A stretch of DNA of 63,277 nt, filler included, from Phoronis australis (taxonomy: Eukaryota > Animalia > Phoronida): NCBI GenBank assembly GCA_002633005.1. It is 7 parts of 7 records of this genome, joined end to end, with 100 filler letters (N's around TTAATTAATTAA, not from the genome) between each part and the next. Parts side by side here need not be neighbours in the genome. Positions count along the whole stretch, not along the records: positions 13,070 to 30,800 come from NMRA01000713.1; 6 more parts are not named here. One strand, given 5' to 3'. Under the pieces are notes generated by a model. It was given only the letters and a program-made list of their open reading frames with translations. It made no database searches and had not been told where the DNA came from. Numbering within the stretch: the first letter of the stretch is position 1; every line of letters starts with the position of its first letter. The translations under genes and the position numbers were made by a program. Positions 13,080 to 26,750 of this stretch are shown piece after piece.

Positions 13080-14189
13080 TACGTCCTAATAAGCGCCCAT
13101 GCCCCTATAAGCGTCCCCAATCGTTTTCAGACTTCGCTAAAACAAGCGCCCAGTCCATGAATGTGTATATATTTGTGCGAAAAAATGCCTTACCTCACAG
13201 TTCTAAAATTCTACAGTAATGTATTCAATTTATCAATAATATCCGACAGTCCTGAAAAAATCATTGCGCGCGGAATTTCTAGTAGACCACGAGCCTCGCC
13301 GCTATGTCGGTATTTAGCCGTGGCTGTACACTTCAAACCGTTCCGCAGTGCTTCAAAAAGAACGCAAAAGATTTTCTGATCTTGCGAGGTAAGTGTCACA
13401 CTGTATGGTCTGGCCCTTCAGAACAGACGCAGCGTACTGGTAACGGGATTGGCCGTATTGTATCTTTCCCGTACAGATCTCCTCCCACAACAGGAATCCA
13501 GATTGCTTTGTACACGTCAAATTATAAAAACCGCGAATCGAAACTTGGCCAAGAAGTGCGCTAGGGCCTACATATAATATGTGGGCCTGCTCAAGGAGAT
13601 AAATATAACTACATATACAGCTCATTGGGCCAGTTACCCTGGCAAATGAACACCGATGACACGCACGCGCTCGCTCACTCGGTGCACACCTGTTGACTCA
13701 CTTCAATACAAACGTCACGTAACAACATATGTGTTCGTCCAGATTTTTCTCGTTGCGGGGTGCGATCTAGCGCAGATTTTTACTTAATCTGCTTTTAATC
13801 CCGACTCCGAGTCCTCCGGAACTTAGAATCTTAGGAAAGGGTATTTGGAAAACTTAAGGAGGATTTCAGGTAATTTGAGTCGAAACTATTTTACTCAAGA
13901 ATTCAAGTTGTCCTATCGACGATTGCGAAGCAGAGACGCATCACCGAGTCGGCAAGTTTTCGCCCTGGGATTTCAGCACATTTTTTAAAAAGATCGTAAT
14001 TTAACAACAGAGTTTGATAGCATTGCACCACAGTTTTGTAGACAGTCTGTCATAGGTTACACATACGTCACAGCGCGTAAATTTGATGAATCCTAGCTTC
14101 CGAGATTTCACCCGTTTCGGAGACCGGGTTTTAACCGCCGTAGGCTACAAAAAGCGTCTCCCTGGGCGCTTATTAGGGCGAATACGGTA
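13080..14189. mobile_element. Non-autonomous DNA transposon (CCGTA-type TIR, Tc1/mariner-pogo-like)
   Basis: Right end gggcgcttattagggcgaatacggTA; inverted match cctaataagcgccc at the left end next to the gap. Superfamily is inference. Confidence 0.55.
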
Positions 14190-16864
14190 GCCCTAATAGA
14201 TGGTGACATCAGTGCACGAAACGATGATTTTTATATAAACTAGCAGCAAGTTTGTGGTGACTGGCTCCAACGGCCGGGTGACTGAACTTCGGGCTGGTCG
14301 AGTAGATTTTCTGGCTCCGGCACTCGCCCAGCTGGCGAGCAGGGTTTTTCAAGACTAAAAGCCTGGGTATATCCCTGACTTCCACACTTTTCCAAAAGAG
14401 GGAAAACTACGAAAGAATGGCTGAGGAGGGTAAAAGTCTAGTTGCCGTGCGTATTGGTATGTTTTTTGAAGATCGATTCTATATCAGACAACTTTGGTAA
14501 CGTTGATAAGTCTTTTGACCACACCACCTTGCAGGACGATGCCATGTTTGTCAAGGCGCCTCGTTTTCGATCAACACGACAGCAGCGCCCCGCGTTCGTG
14601 AAATAGGTGAATACGTCACGTAATCAACGGGGAAAGTAGAGCTAACCCCTATACCACGATAGAAGCCGTATACAACGGTAGAAGCCGTATTTCACGGTTG
14701 ATGAGCAGTCTGCTGATGGTCAGGAGTAAATTTGTGAGTGCAACGCCAAATTTGATAGAACTCGTTCATTTGGTTTACCTTTATCATTAATCCGAGGCGT
14801 CGTTCCTGAAAAAGCCGGTTTACTGCTCTAAAAACAGAAGACATTTACCGATGAAAATTCCGACGCACGGTGATCAGGCGGCTATTTTAGAGCTTCACTG
14901 AAGTTTCAGTCTTGGTCATCATAAATAGGTCAAGCTTTAATAAGTCAAAAATCTGCTTTTTACGATACAGTCCTTACCTCAAGTTCTGCAAATCAGCACA
15001 ATTGCCACCGTTATTTTCCAATGCTGTGATCAACACGGGGAAATGTTTATATTACTATGTACAGTCCAGAAGCCAAGACATGAAAATAGACCGAGAAAAC
15101 TAAGGAATTCATCAAAGATAAAACCACAAACTGCTGCAGACAACTCGGTTCAGGGAATGTTTCAATTTTTATATTCCAGGATGGATTGTTTCTAAGTTTC
15201 CGACAAACTTTTAACATTATTGAATGATTCAGTGCTTCAACTTGTATATTTCAAAGACTAAAAATTTCGATCAATTTATTATGAAATAAAACTTTACTGG
15301 TTATTCAACACTTTCAAAGATTGTCTTGTCGCTTAAACAGTTTGCCGGGGTACCGTACTTGGCATACATATGACGTCATATAACATTCCGTATCACGCGG
15401 CAACAAGGTATTGCCACGATGATGCAAATAAATCCAAATAATATACGGTCTCGTTGGGACATTCCCAGATGAAATGAATTCTCGATAGGACGATAGGATA
15501 TGGCAGTAGTATTCCTATGTATGTGGGATGACCTATATTTATTTGATAGACTCCATTAAGTTTTACAGCTTAGCACGCTTCATTCACCAAGTTCTTATTA
15601 TACATAGTTAATTCTATGTCACTCAAGTTAAAAACACGCTACTCAGCAGCAATCGAGTGCACTAACAAAAACTCGCAAGCGCTTCTGGATAATTTAGAAA
15701 CAAGTCTAGATATACTTAAACGATTATATCAGGTGCACACAAAAATAAATTGCATTTTGTCTTCAATCAAATTTTGGTAACATACTTCACGTAACTTCCA
15801 TTTAAAAGAGTTCTCTAAAACTTCCCTAATCTCCCCAATTCCGCCTATAATGGCAAAATTCTTGAACTAAAATGTACTAACACAGATCTCAAAGTAGCGG
15901 GAAGAGAAAAAGCTTTCAATACTATATTCTGATTTGATTGTCTTACGAAAACGTAATCTAGGTTCCGAGCCAACTAAATCACTGCAAGTCCTTTTCTCTT
16001 GTTCAAAACAACATTAACCAAAATATTCAGCAGCGACCACATGCTTTGCCTATAAATTCATGGAAAATTTGAACCTATGACAACATACCTTTGACAGATG
16101 AGCTCCCGATATTTTTACATATTATATTGTAATCACACACAAATAAATGCTTTCATTCATCACAATCAAACGATCACAAAAACGGATCATGTTATGTGGT
16201 TTCTAAACTGCTGTTTTGCAGCCAGTGTCTGGTATAAGACTGGGTTGGCTGCATATTTATGCGCTCCTACGACAAGCCGAAGGTCTCCAGAAGAAGCCAT
16301 TTCACATTGTGAGAAACATTTACAGTCCCAAATCCCAGAACAATACTCCATGACTGAGCTAACAAAGCAGTCAAAACATTTGTCCATGTTTTCTAACATC
16401 TTGTATTATCCGACAAGGGTTGCCTACCGCTTTGCCTGCTGATTCAACTAGCACATGAGTTGTTGACTCATGATCTAAATTCTTATTAAGAAAGACCCCT
16501 AAATACTTATAACTTATGGCATACTATTTGTTGTGTGTTGTATGGATGAGGCATGGAGGCTTAAGCACTAAAATAAACTTATTTTTTATACTTGCACAGA
16601 AGCTATACATGCGTGAACCGCTGGAATTCTCGGACATCCTGAACCGTAAGACTGCTTGAACCAGTATAATCACAAGGGCTTTTATTATCTGAAAATTATG
16701 GTCAAAACCTCAACTTAGGCGTTTATTCTTTTTTTTGGCTTGGGCACATCTCAAGCGATCCGTCAAAGAAAAATCAATATCAGTGTGCAATTTAATACAC
16801 AACGGAAACAAGGGATTGCTTTGATAACAGGTTTATAATAATACCTAACGACCATCACGACATA

Positions 16865-17681
16865 GGCCGATTATACAAGCTATTCCGACTTTGAATATAA
16901 ATATATGTATACGAGTTGCGATTACATTAACCTGTCGACAAATTCTGAAACACAGCGATCGTTAGTTTTAGTGTCTTTATCAAACAAATTCGCAATAATG
17001 TCCATGCTCCATCCTCGTGCGAGTTAGCGGTGAGTTATCATTTGCGTAACCCTTCTCTTAGCTAGACTTTTAAATTTCGTTTCGCGTACGTAATACTCAG
17101 TCTTTCGTTGTTTTTGATCAACCGTCTATACAGAATATTCAAAACCCTTTTTAAATACCCGTGTTTTTGTTTTTTATTTATCTTGTTTATTTTGTAGATG
17201 AACCATCATCTGAAGTTGTCTAAAGGTTTTGTACATATATTTATATTCAAAGTCTAAACGCGCATTGCAACTTATCGTATGGGGATTTTTAGATTGAAAT
17301 TGATAAACTGGTAGTTGATGTCTGTTAAAATGTTTGCTTACGGAAAAAGAGAATAAAAATTTTGAAATAATCGGAATTGTTTACGATAAACTCGCAACAT
17401 AGGTGGTGTGGGTGACAAACCTTTATGCAACTTCAGAGGATGGTTAAGATACAAAAAGACAAAAATAATAAAAAATATATATTGAATATTGAATATAGAC
17501 GATCTACAAAATGAAATAAAAATATAGAGTTAAGTACAGACGGTTGGTCAAAAACAACGAAAGGCTGGACACTACGTACGCCAAACGAAACTTAAAAGTC
17601 TGGCTAAGAAAAGGGTTAAGCAAATGATAACTCACCGCTAACTCGCAAACTCTGATCTCGGAATAGCTTGTATAATCGGCC
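16865..17681. mobile_element. Foldback MITE with long inverted arms
   Basis: ggccgattatacaagctattccga / tcggaatagcttgtataatcggcc termini plus about 115 bp inverted arms (17019-17131 vs 17534-17646). Confidence 0.85.
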
Positions 17682-18299
17682 ATCTCTATTCCGTTTACTA
17701 TATCGCCGGCGTTTTCGAGGTCTTTATCTACACGTTACGTAACACCTAATAATATATAGACGATAATTTATTTGCGACGCGCATATGCCCAGTGTTTGTA
17801 GTATGGGTTTGTGTCAGCCTAGGTTTTACGTGATGATTATGTAAGATTTCTCAAAGCTCAGACGGTGCTTTGTGTATATTTGTGTACGAAAACTTGACGT
17901 CACACTTCGCATTCATCCACTTTTATTCACTTTTGTATGCCGTTAGTAATTCTCGGTTAAACCTGAAAAGTTTCTTTTCCCTCTTAGTTAACCACACTAT
18001 TTCCAATACTATGTATACCTACCTGCAAGCACCTACTTTTATCCCAAAAGACGAGTGTTCGACGACGGCGTCACCACTGGACCTTTGAACATTTAATTTG
18101 GACATTTGATAATTTGCTATAGACTACTTTAACGGATTTTGAAGGTCTTGATGATTTTTGTGGTGTATTCGAATGATGATTTTTGCAGTGTATTCGTTCT
18201 TTGACATTAATACACGTTTAAACGCTATCGGTTTTATGTTCTGTGTTAGCTGGTCGCCTCTTATTATTAGTATTATTAGTATGATTCGCTTAGTACCGT

Positions 18300-18680
18300 C
18301 GGGTCCTGGGTTATACTTTACGCGACATCTGTTGTTGAGTTGAGTGGTTATCCCCTTTTGTGTACGCCTTTGTTTTTGATCAGTGAGACAGAACAAACAA
18401 TATACAACGACGACACTCACTTAATTGGGGACACGAAATAAGTTTTGTTCTTATTCAGCAACGTCATCCCTCTTTTGTTTCGGTGTCCATCCGTTGCGAG
18501 GAGCCGCAAAAACTAGCATCGAGGTGCCTCTGTAACGGGACTCATTAAACTTTTTACGTCATGAGGTGTGACGTCATTGACACATTTGTCCGGTAGGCGG
18601 ATGGTGTCCCTTCCGATTGCATTTATCAACCACGACCTTTGACCTTTTCCTTTCAAATGGATGACCTTTGACCGAGACCC
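18300..18680 (+). repeat. Dispersed repeat family; inverted copies at 23757-23847, 24317-24420 and 26050-26296
   Basis: Shared blocks tttacgcgacatctgttgttgagttg, gcgaggagccgcaaaa, ggtgtcccttccgattgca, gacctttgaccttttccttt. Confidence 0.85.
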
Positions 18681-18996
18681 TCAAAACGTGCCGTCTAAAC
18701 CTCTTACTATACTACTCCTGTTGTAGCGTTGTTGCAGGTACGTTGTCGCATTTCTACGGATTTTGTAGCCTTGGTACAAAGCTGTAATCTAAATATACGA
18801 CAGTCTGTTGATACAGTTAGCTGGCTGGCTACGGATTCTGTTGCATGGATAGGTTCACAGGTTGCTGGGAAGGTCGTCGTTGATGCTCGTGCAATACTAT
18901 CGCCGATAGTATCGGGTGCTGTCATGGACAGTGACAACAATTTTGATGTCGGCGAGGAATCGGTAGCTGAGTTGCAGACGATGTATCTTAGCAATT

Positions 18997-19470
18997 GAAA
19001 ACTGAGACAGAACTGTCGTATAATTAATAGTCCTGTTCTAGATGTTACAATTGAGACCTGGTTGCATGTTGTTTTACTTTAAGGTATTTTCCGAAAGTTT
19101 GATGATCTAACGATGTAAAGTCGACATTGACCTACCTTTTAAACCTTCAATGTCAGAGGTCACTGTTGAAGTAATATGGGAGGTGAATACGGAAAACATT
19201 ATTACATGGACGTATTTCCCTCGACAGATTCAACACGGATGAGATAAGATAAAATATTTAATAAATGAAAACTGAGACAGAACTGTCATATAATTAACAG
19301 TCCTGTTCCAGGTGTTACGATTGAGACCTGATTGTATGTTGAGCGTTATTTACACTGCTATAATTGTATTACCGGGTACTTTAAACTATTTAATAGAGCG
19401 GGAGGGGAATACGGAAAACTTTATTACATGGCCGTATTTACCTCGACAGATTCAACACGGATGGGATAAT
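18997..19470. repeat. Diverged tandem duplication, period about 270 bp
   Basis: tgaaaactgagacagaactgtc.. and ..cctcgacagattcaacacggatg each occur twice. Confidence 0.85.
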
Positions 19471-20626
19471 ACAAGTTAAACTCAGGAAATGCGTTACAAC
19501 TGATTCCATCAGCGGAGGCCAACAGGGCCCCATTAAAATGAAAGGGTTTATAACTTCACAAAAACAGGAAAACAGTTGCAATTGGTTATATCATCGTCAC
19601 CCATTTCTTAAAGAAATACCCTTAAGGAAAGCCAGTATTAAGGGTGTATCTATTGTAAAACAGAAAAAGCGGCAATTTATGAATCATCAGTGACTCTGTC
19701 CTATTGCATTCAGTATGATACTTATACATACATATAGGTTATACAACGTACGTGTTTGTACCAGTGGTTATTATTTCTCGATTCGTGATATCCAATCCAA
19801 AACGCGCGTTGAATGTGGAAAAGTAGTTCTTCCATATCAAACCTCACACTACGACCCGTATTTCATGGCCATACTATCACGCGTTTAGGATAAAATACTT
19901 ATACAAATACTGATTCAGAACCACTTTGCAATCACACGTAATAGGAACGCCTCTCAACGCTTGTATTGCCTGTCCACTATTTGACCACTTTCCATTCATG
20001 AGTAGAGGCTTTTGTTCATGAGGGCGGCAGATGTGTTGCTGCACACGATCAGTAGCTGTTCATACATTCCAATTACACAGAATTTATCTCCCAGGTAATG
20101 GGAAATGAGGGATATAAATTATAAGCTCTGTCACAGTCACTAGGTCTACACTTACAATATTACTAGTGTGGTGGGCAGGTAGTTGGCCGAAATGACTCGC
20201 ATTTTAATAACTATAAATGTTGACCTACAAAGTAGGAAAGTAAGTGACAATGAATATGCAACCATGAGCCAGCATCCAATGGTTTCGTGAGCTGCACAAC
20301 CTATGAGAAATATAATATCAATGAACAGAATCTATTAAGTCAATTTTAGGAAGAGTGGGTCACTGTCTTCATTTATGAACTTGGGCACTAAATAAGAAAC
20401 GTTAAAACGTTAATACTCACGATTGATTCACCACACCACACAGTTCTAACAAACAACAGCGCACACTGCGCATGACAGGTGTTGGGAGGCCTGTGTCTCG
20501 CCAGCCTCGTCCCCAAGCCTAAAGATGGCGCTGTTCGGTTTAGCCACTTGAGGCTCTCGCTCAGTGCTTCCCTGCGTGCAGATAACACGCCTCGCTGGTT
20601 CCGTGCATGGCGCTAGGTCATGGCAT

Positions 20627-20743
20627 AGTATTAGCTAGGATTTTCCCGTCAGACATTCGCACCCCCGAACAGCCAAATGGAATCTGGGAGAATTTTAGGG
20701 GGGCATTGCCCCCTAGCTTGGCCCCTCTCTAAATCTGCCACTG
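20627..20743 (-). mobile_element. Partial hAT-like MITE, same family as 31922-32080
   Basis: Reverse complement of cagtggcagatttagag..attctcccagattccatttggc..gcgaatgtctgacggg..ctaatac. Confidence 0.75.
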
Positions 20744-22616
20744 TAGGTGGTAGCCACCACGCAGGTATCACATATATTTCCTCGGGAAATTTTTTTACAC
20801 CGGCGTTTCTGATTGGCTGGTCGAATTCTCAGCGGGCAGCGCTTTACCAAACAAACTGGCATGACTGATGGAGGAAGTGTAAATGTGGTCTGTTGTACAG
20901 ACAAATCGGTGCTTGAAGTTCATATTCAAGAAATGTGAATCCCAAAAAATTGTGGTTGCGTCTTTTCGGAGACCATCTTTCTACTTACGCTGGCTTTTGT
21001 TTACGTTGCTGTCCTGTATTCATACAGAATAGCATACCGGTTAAATATGCCAGATATGTGTTTATTGTACATGTATGTGTTTCAAGAACGCGACTGTTGA
21101 ACATCTGTTACTCATTACAAAAACAAAATAGTTGCTGCTACGCCACTTGCATGACAAGATTAAAAATCGTTCGTAACACGCAGGTATCACTCAGTAGCAC
21201 GCGCTTGATAACTGGTTGATGTAACTTCGGTAGTCATTGGTTAGCTTTACCGGTACAACAAAGAAAGAAAATGGCGGACTATGAGTGATTTTTAACCTTG
21301 TCATGCAAGTGGTGTAACGACAACTATTTCGTTTCTGCAGTAATGTTTACAGGCCCGTAGCCAGCATTGTGCACAGGGTGGTTCGAATTTCTTAAACGGT
21401 GGACCTTTTAATCACATTTCGCAAACGTCGGCTCCATTTTTTCCGTAGCGCTCTTAGGCACTGAGCTATACCCGGCAGAAGGGAAATCCGTATACACGGC
21501 GATGGCTCTTGGCCGCGGCTCCAAGATGAATTTGGTAGGCCTAATCCAAGAAATGAGGATGCCATGACGGTTATTCACAAAAACGGGACACTTGTTCGAA
21601 TGTAATGTGGTCCACAAAGTTCTCTTTCTGGATTACTGAGCGTTACCCTCTGCCAAACTTCCGAACCGTGCGGCGTGCATGCTTTTAAAAATAAGTGATT
21701 GTACTTCATCACATACTCGCGCGGAAACATTTAGTCAGAGAGTGCCTTGAAGAAATTTTTGTCCGCTCATAGCGATTCGGGAAATGGGAACAACCGGTTT
21801 AGACGAAGTGGCGTACTTAGAAATGATACTGATAACAACGCTTGGATATTAATGAATTTTAACTGTCTGGGTTTCATGCCTATGCGAATGTGGGCTCCAA
21901 AGCAATCCTTGTGAATACGGAAAAATGAATGCATACTTGCATTTTGAAAAGAATGTAAAGCAGGATTATTGATGTATTATCAACCACGATACATTCTCCA
22001 AATCCATGTACGAATCACATCACTCCACAGCGCTACTGAAAAGTTTATCCGCAACGCTTCAACCTCGCCCACCGCATCGGAATCATGCGCATGTCCGGAT
22101 CGGATCTAAGTGTTGTCAGGTCACCCCATCCCTGCCGGTCTTCACCAAGTGAGAGAGTGACACCCAGTCTAAAGCTGCCCGTAAGTCGCCCCATCCCTAA
22201 AATGAAATACCTCCGTACCCCCGACGTTGTCCCTATTTTGAACACGAATCGTTTTAGGTTCAAGAATTGTGATTGTGAATGATTGGAACTGAGCCCATTT
22301 GCAAACAATGTAATCAATAATTTAAGAACTGTTCATTTTTGCACACCCTTTAAATGTTTACTAAATGGACACAAGTACAAAGCTTTTGAAGTTCCACCCC
22401 ATTTCCAGACACTAAGAGTAGTAAACTGTCGGACTTGTGAACATGATTTCGCAATAGTGAACCTTAAGAGCAATTGTGTAATTGTGGAAATCTCTTGCAT
22501 CAAGTTTTTTGTTCGTAAGAAGTCTGCAAGGTTTTGCATCATTGATAAAAATTTACAAGTGAAGAACTTTCTTCGTTGAGCAAAGATTTTATGAGGTCTA
22601 TTCTTACTTTTACCGT

Positions 22617-23135
22617 TGTTGTGTATTGAGAATGCTACTTGTGGTTTTTCATTAGAATATAGTCACGCGGTATTTACGTCCACAGGCCACGTGCTCGTCC
22701 CCTTCTTGTATTAGTTCTCCAAGTGAATAGACGTATTATATTTTACTCTCATCTATGTTGTTTTACTAGTTCTACAAACACAACATTTTGGCGACGAGGA
22801 TAAAAATGGAAGATCTTTCGATAAAACCGTTTGTTCTTCATCCTACGGAGTCGGCTGGTTCCCGTTGGGAATTGTGGGTTAAGCGACTTGACAATTATTT
22901 GGTGGCAAAGAACATTACTCAGGATCCGCGCAAGAAAGCCACGCTTCTGCACTATGCGGGGATGAAGTCTTTGTCATAAATGACGGAAGAAAATGAGACA
23001 TACAACCAATTGAAAAAGAAACTTTCGGACCATTGTTCGCCGAAGCGGAATAAAGAATATAAAGTTTACCAATTCCGACAACTCACCCAGACTACGTCTG
23101 AGACGTTGGACATGTTTTACGCTCGGTTACAGACG
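22617..23135 (+). mobile_element. Gypsy LTR retrotransposon 5' fragment: 169-bp LTR, PBS, frameshifted gag
   Basis: LTR TGTTGTGT..ACACAACA (22617-22785), PBS TGGCGACGAGGA, then gag from 22806: MEDLSIKPF..RWELWVKRLDNYLVAKNI..RKKATLLHYAG / TYNQLKKKLSDHCSPKRNKEY..FRQLTQ..ETLDMFYARL. Confidence 0.92.
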
Positions 23136-23847
23136 GGAGATCAAATCACAGATTATTCAGTTATTGATAACCACTTTTCTCTGTATTTCCATCTTATACT
23201 GTGCAGGTTAGGAGAAAATGGTTACTTGCAGCCTGCATGGTCCAGGCACTTTACTTGAACCCAAAACCTAAAAAAACGAGCCAATCAAGTCGCGTGATTG
23301 GAGTGCAAATCTTTATGTTTGCTCATGTCATGGAATTGCTCAATTTTCGAGTTTTGTATCGAATACAAAGATTAGGCTATGAACTTTCATCAACTATAAG
23401 TCTCTTAAGTCGCTGTAAGTTTAGTATGATGCTTCCTCAGCTATAAATTTTACCTTCAGTTAATTAAATCAAAGTTGTTTTAATCGTAAAGGTGTGACAA
23501 ATTGACTGAAACTACATTCTTAAGTCTTGTGATTTGCTCCTGGTAAAACGAGTCAAATTGTAGTATTTAAACCATCCTTCGTTATCTGTACTTTCAGAAT
23601 GTGTGTTTTAGACGAACCCCCTGTACAAACGTCTTTGGAAGAGTCCCAGACTGGTCATAGAAGCAGATAACCTTAAGAAAGATTGAGGTATTGTTCCATT
23701 TCATTTCCTTAATATCTCATGGAGTGACATTAGTAGTATAGTAAGAGGTTTAGGACGCCCGTTTTGCGGCTCCTCGGGTCAAAGGTCATCCATGCGAAAG
23801 GAAAAGGTCAAAGGTCACGTGGGATAACTGCAATCGGAAGGGACACC

Positions 23848-24315
23848 TAGTCTCCTGCACAGACTCTCGAGGTTGGTTGGGGTCTGCTACAGCGCACTTT
23901 TCCATATGTATTCTTGGAATATCATTGGCTGTTCCGATTTCAAGAAACAAGGCATGCTATTGGTCAGTTGAATAATAGGTCAAACTAGTTCATCAACATG
24001 GCGACTTCCAGTACGGGAAGAATGTCGATGGATTTATAGCTGTTTAAATCTCTCTGTTCTCGTCAAACTCCCGCATTTCAAAGCTAACGAGTCAAGGAAT
24101 ACATCAGCAGTAACGTATACGAAAATTTAATGATAATTATTATCTTGTATACTATGCTGTATTCTGAAGTGATGTGATTTTTTACGAAATAATTTGTGGA
24201 AGAGATAGGCTGATTAGGGCCCAATAGGGGATTAGGCCATTCACAACAACAGTCATTTTAGGCACACTATAGCACCGAATAGCGGGAAAGGAGTAGCTAT
24301 GTGCGTCGTGGCCAC
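23848..24315 (+). mobile_element. About 460-bp MITE-like insertion, copy 1
   Basis: Begins TAGTCTCCTGCACAGAC; colinear with 26297-26750; truncated at the single N at 24316. Confidence 0.8.
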
Positions 24316-26296
24316 NAAAGGAAAAGGTCAAAGGTCAAGTGGGATAACTGCAATCGGAAGGGACACCATCCGCCTACCGGACGGATGTGTCAATGACGTC
24401 ACACTTTATGACGTAATAGGTTTAAAGGAGAATGCCACCCGATTGAATTAGTCTTTTTGGCGTCTTTATCGGTCTGTATCCACATCGCCTCGCATACGGT
24501 CGACCTTACCTTGCCAAGAGGTGTCGCGTTAACCTGTGAGGAAGGTGAGAAACGACGCTAGCGACGTCAGTGGTTCATATGCAGAGTGAATGCCGCTGTG
24601 TTGCAGTGCATCGTTCCCGCTTGTTCGAACTAAGCAGCTGCGAGGAAAGCGGGTATATCGTTTTATTTTATTTCCTCGAGAGTCCGAAATGCTTAGCATG
24701 GTAATGAAGAATGAAATGTACGCTGTAAATAGCAAGTATGAGGCCGTGAAACATCTCCGTGTTTGTGGCCTGCAGAAGTCGACAGTGCCTCACGAATGCC
24801 ACCTTACCAAATAACTCCATACGTTCCGTTGTCTGAGCTCACGGCGCCTCTCTAGTTTTTCTTCATTACTGTATTCCTGTTCGAATTGATAGCCTGTAAA
24901 ACTTAACGATCCACTTGCGAAATCGGGACTGATGAGCTCTATCTCGTCCTAAGTCGGGATTGCGAGCTGCCATGTTGGCGTTTACTACTGAGCGTTTTAT
25001 TTCAAAATGAATTATTATCACCCTAACCAATACTTATATAAAACTGAAACAAAGTCTGTCTCATTCGATGCAATTTGTAATGCCTTTGGAGTGTTCATGA
25101 GTGCAAATGATTTGGGAAGCAAGCAATGATAAATCAGTGCGTTACCGGCTTTAGGTGCAATAAAAACTAATTGATGGGACACCGAGGCCGCGTGTGAGCT
25201 CATGCTAATTTAGTGTTTGCTGGCAGAAACTGTTGTGAAACAACTCGATTTCCATCCCACTGCCAGGTGTTAGGGGAATCTTTATTTACATTTACATTAC
25301 TCAAATAATGATTGTCAATGTACAACTTCTGTCCTGACGTGCTGTGGCCAAAGCGGAATCTGAATTCGCGGCCCCCGACGGACGAGTATGTAGATTTGCA
25401 GTTTCGTGGCTAATTCACCAACATAATCACATGCACATTATTTTGGCTCACTAGTATAGTGTTTTCTTGACTGGAAGTTTAGTTTCCACTGAATTTTGGC
25501 TGGTTTATGTTCGTGATGTCTGATCAGTTTCCGAGCCACTGGCCGTCCGAGTCAATCTGGCCAGGAAAACAAGCGTTTTATGTTTAGAACTCAAAAATCA
25601 CAAGTCTAAACAACTCAGGTCTATGTTCTCCTGTCTGTATCTCACGGAAAATACTTCGAAAATTTTCTCCGAACACACCCCAAACTCCTGCTACGGACCT
25701 TATTGGCCTGCCGAACTTTGTAGGCTACGGTATGTCCGAATACCAATAAATCCGTAAGAGCGAAATAAAACAACACGTTTTTATAAGAACTCGGTGTATT
25801 TTTAAGGGTTTTACATATAATTTTGACGATTTATTGGTGTTAAATGATGACTTCAAGCGATAAGCTAACACCAGTTACCCCTTGTTGTGAACTGCTGAAC
25901 AGACCGTGTGAAACCGATGGCGTCATTGGATAATTTCAACACCTCCGTCTGCCGTCAGGTGTCAGGTAACGCAACCGTACGTGTCGTTATGGAGTAGAAC
26001 TACTCGATCTAAATTGATACAAATTAGGTTGTTTTTTTGGGTGGCATGCTCCTTTAATGAACCCCGTTAGAGAGGCACCTCTATGCCCGTTTTTGCGGCT
26101 CCTCGCAACGGATCGAGAACCGAAACAATAGAGGGATGACGCTATTGAATAAGAACAAAACTTATTTCGTGTGCGCCAAGTGTCGTCGTTGTATGTTGTT
26201 TGTTCTCTCTCATTGATCAAAAACAAAGGTAAGTATATACAAAAAGGATAACCACCCAACTCAACAACAGATGTCGCGTAAAGTCTAACCCAGGAC

Positions 26297-26750
26297 TAGT
26301 CTCCTGCACAGACCCATGAGATTGGTTGGGGTCTGCTACAGGGCACTTTTCCATCCGCATTCTTGGAATATCATTGGCTGTTCCGATTTCAAGAAACAAG
26401 GCATTCTATTGATCAGTTGTATAATAGGTCAAACTAGTTCACCAACATGTCGACTTCCAGTGAAAGAATATCGATGGATTTACAGCTGTTTAAATCTCTC
26501 TGTTTTCATCAAACTCCCGCATTTCAAAGCTAACGAGTCAAGGAAAACATCACCAGTAATGTATACGAAACATGTAGTGATAATTATCTTGTATACTGTG
26601 CTGGATTCTGAAGATTTTTACGAAATATTTTGTAGAAGAAATAGGCATTACCATTAGCCTATGCCACCCACAACAACAGTCATTTTAGGAGTACTGTAGC
26701 ACCGAATAGTGGGAAAGGAGTAGCTGAGTGCGTCGCGGCCACGGGAGATT
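26297..26750 (+). mobile_element. About 460-bp MITE-like insertion, copy 2
   Basis: TAGTCTCC..GGGAGATT imperfect terminal inverted repeats; colinear with 23848-24315. Confidence 0.8.

Noticed and set aside
21700-22580. Possible endogenous viral or other coding remnant
   Set aside because: No recognisable motif and multiple stops in the frames checked.
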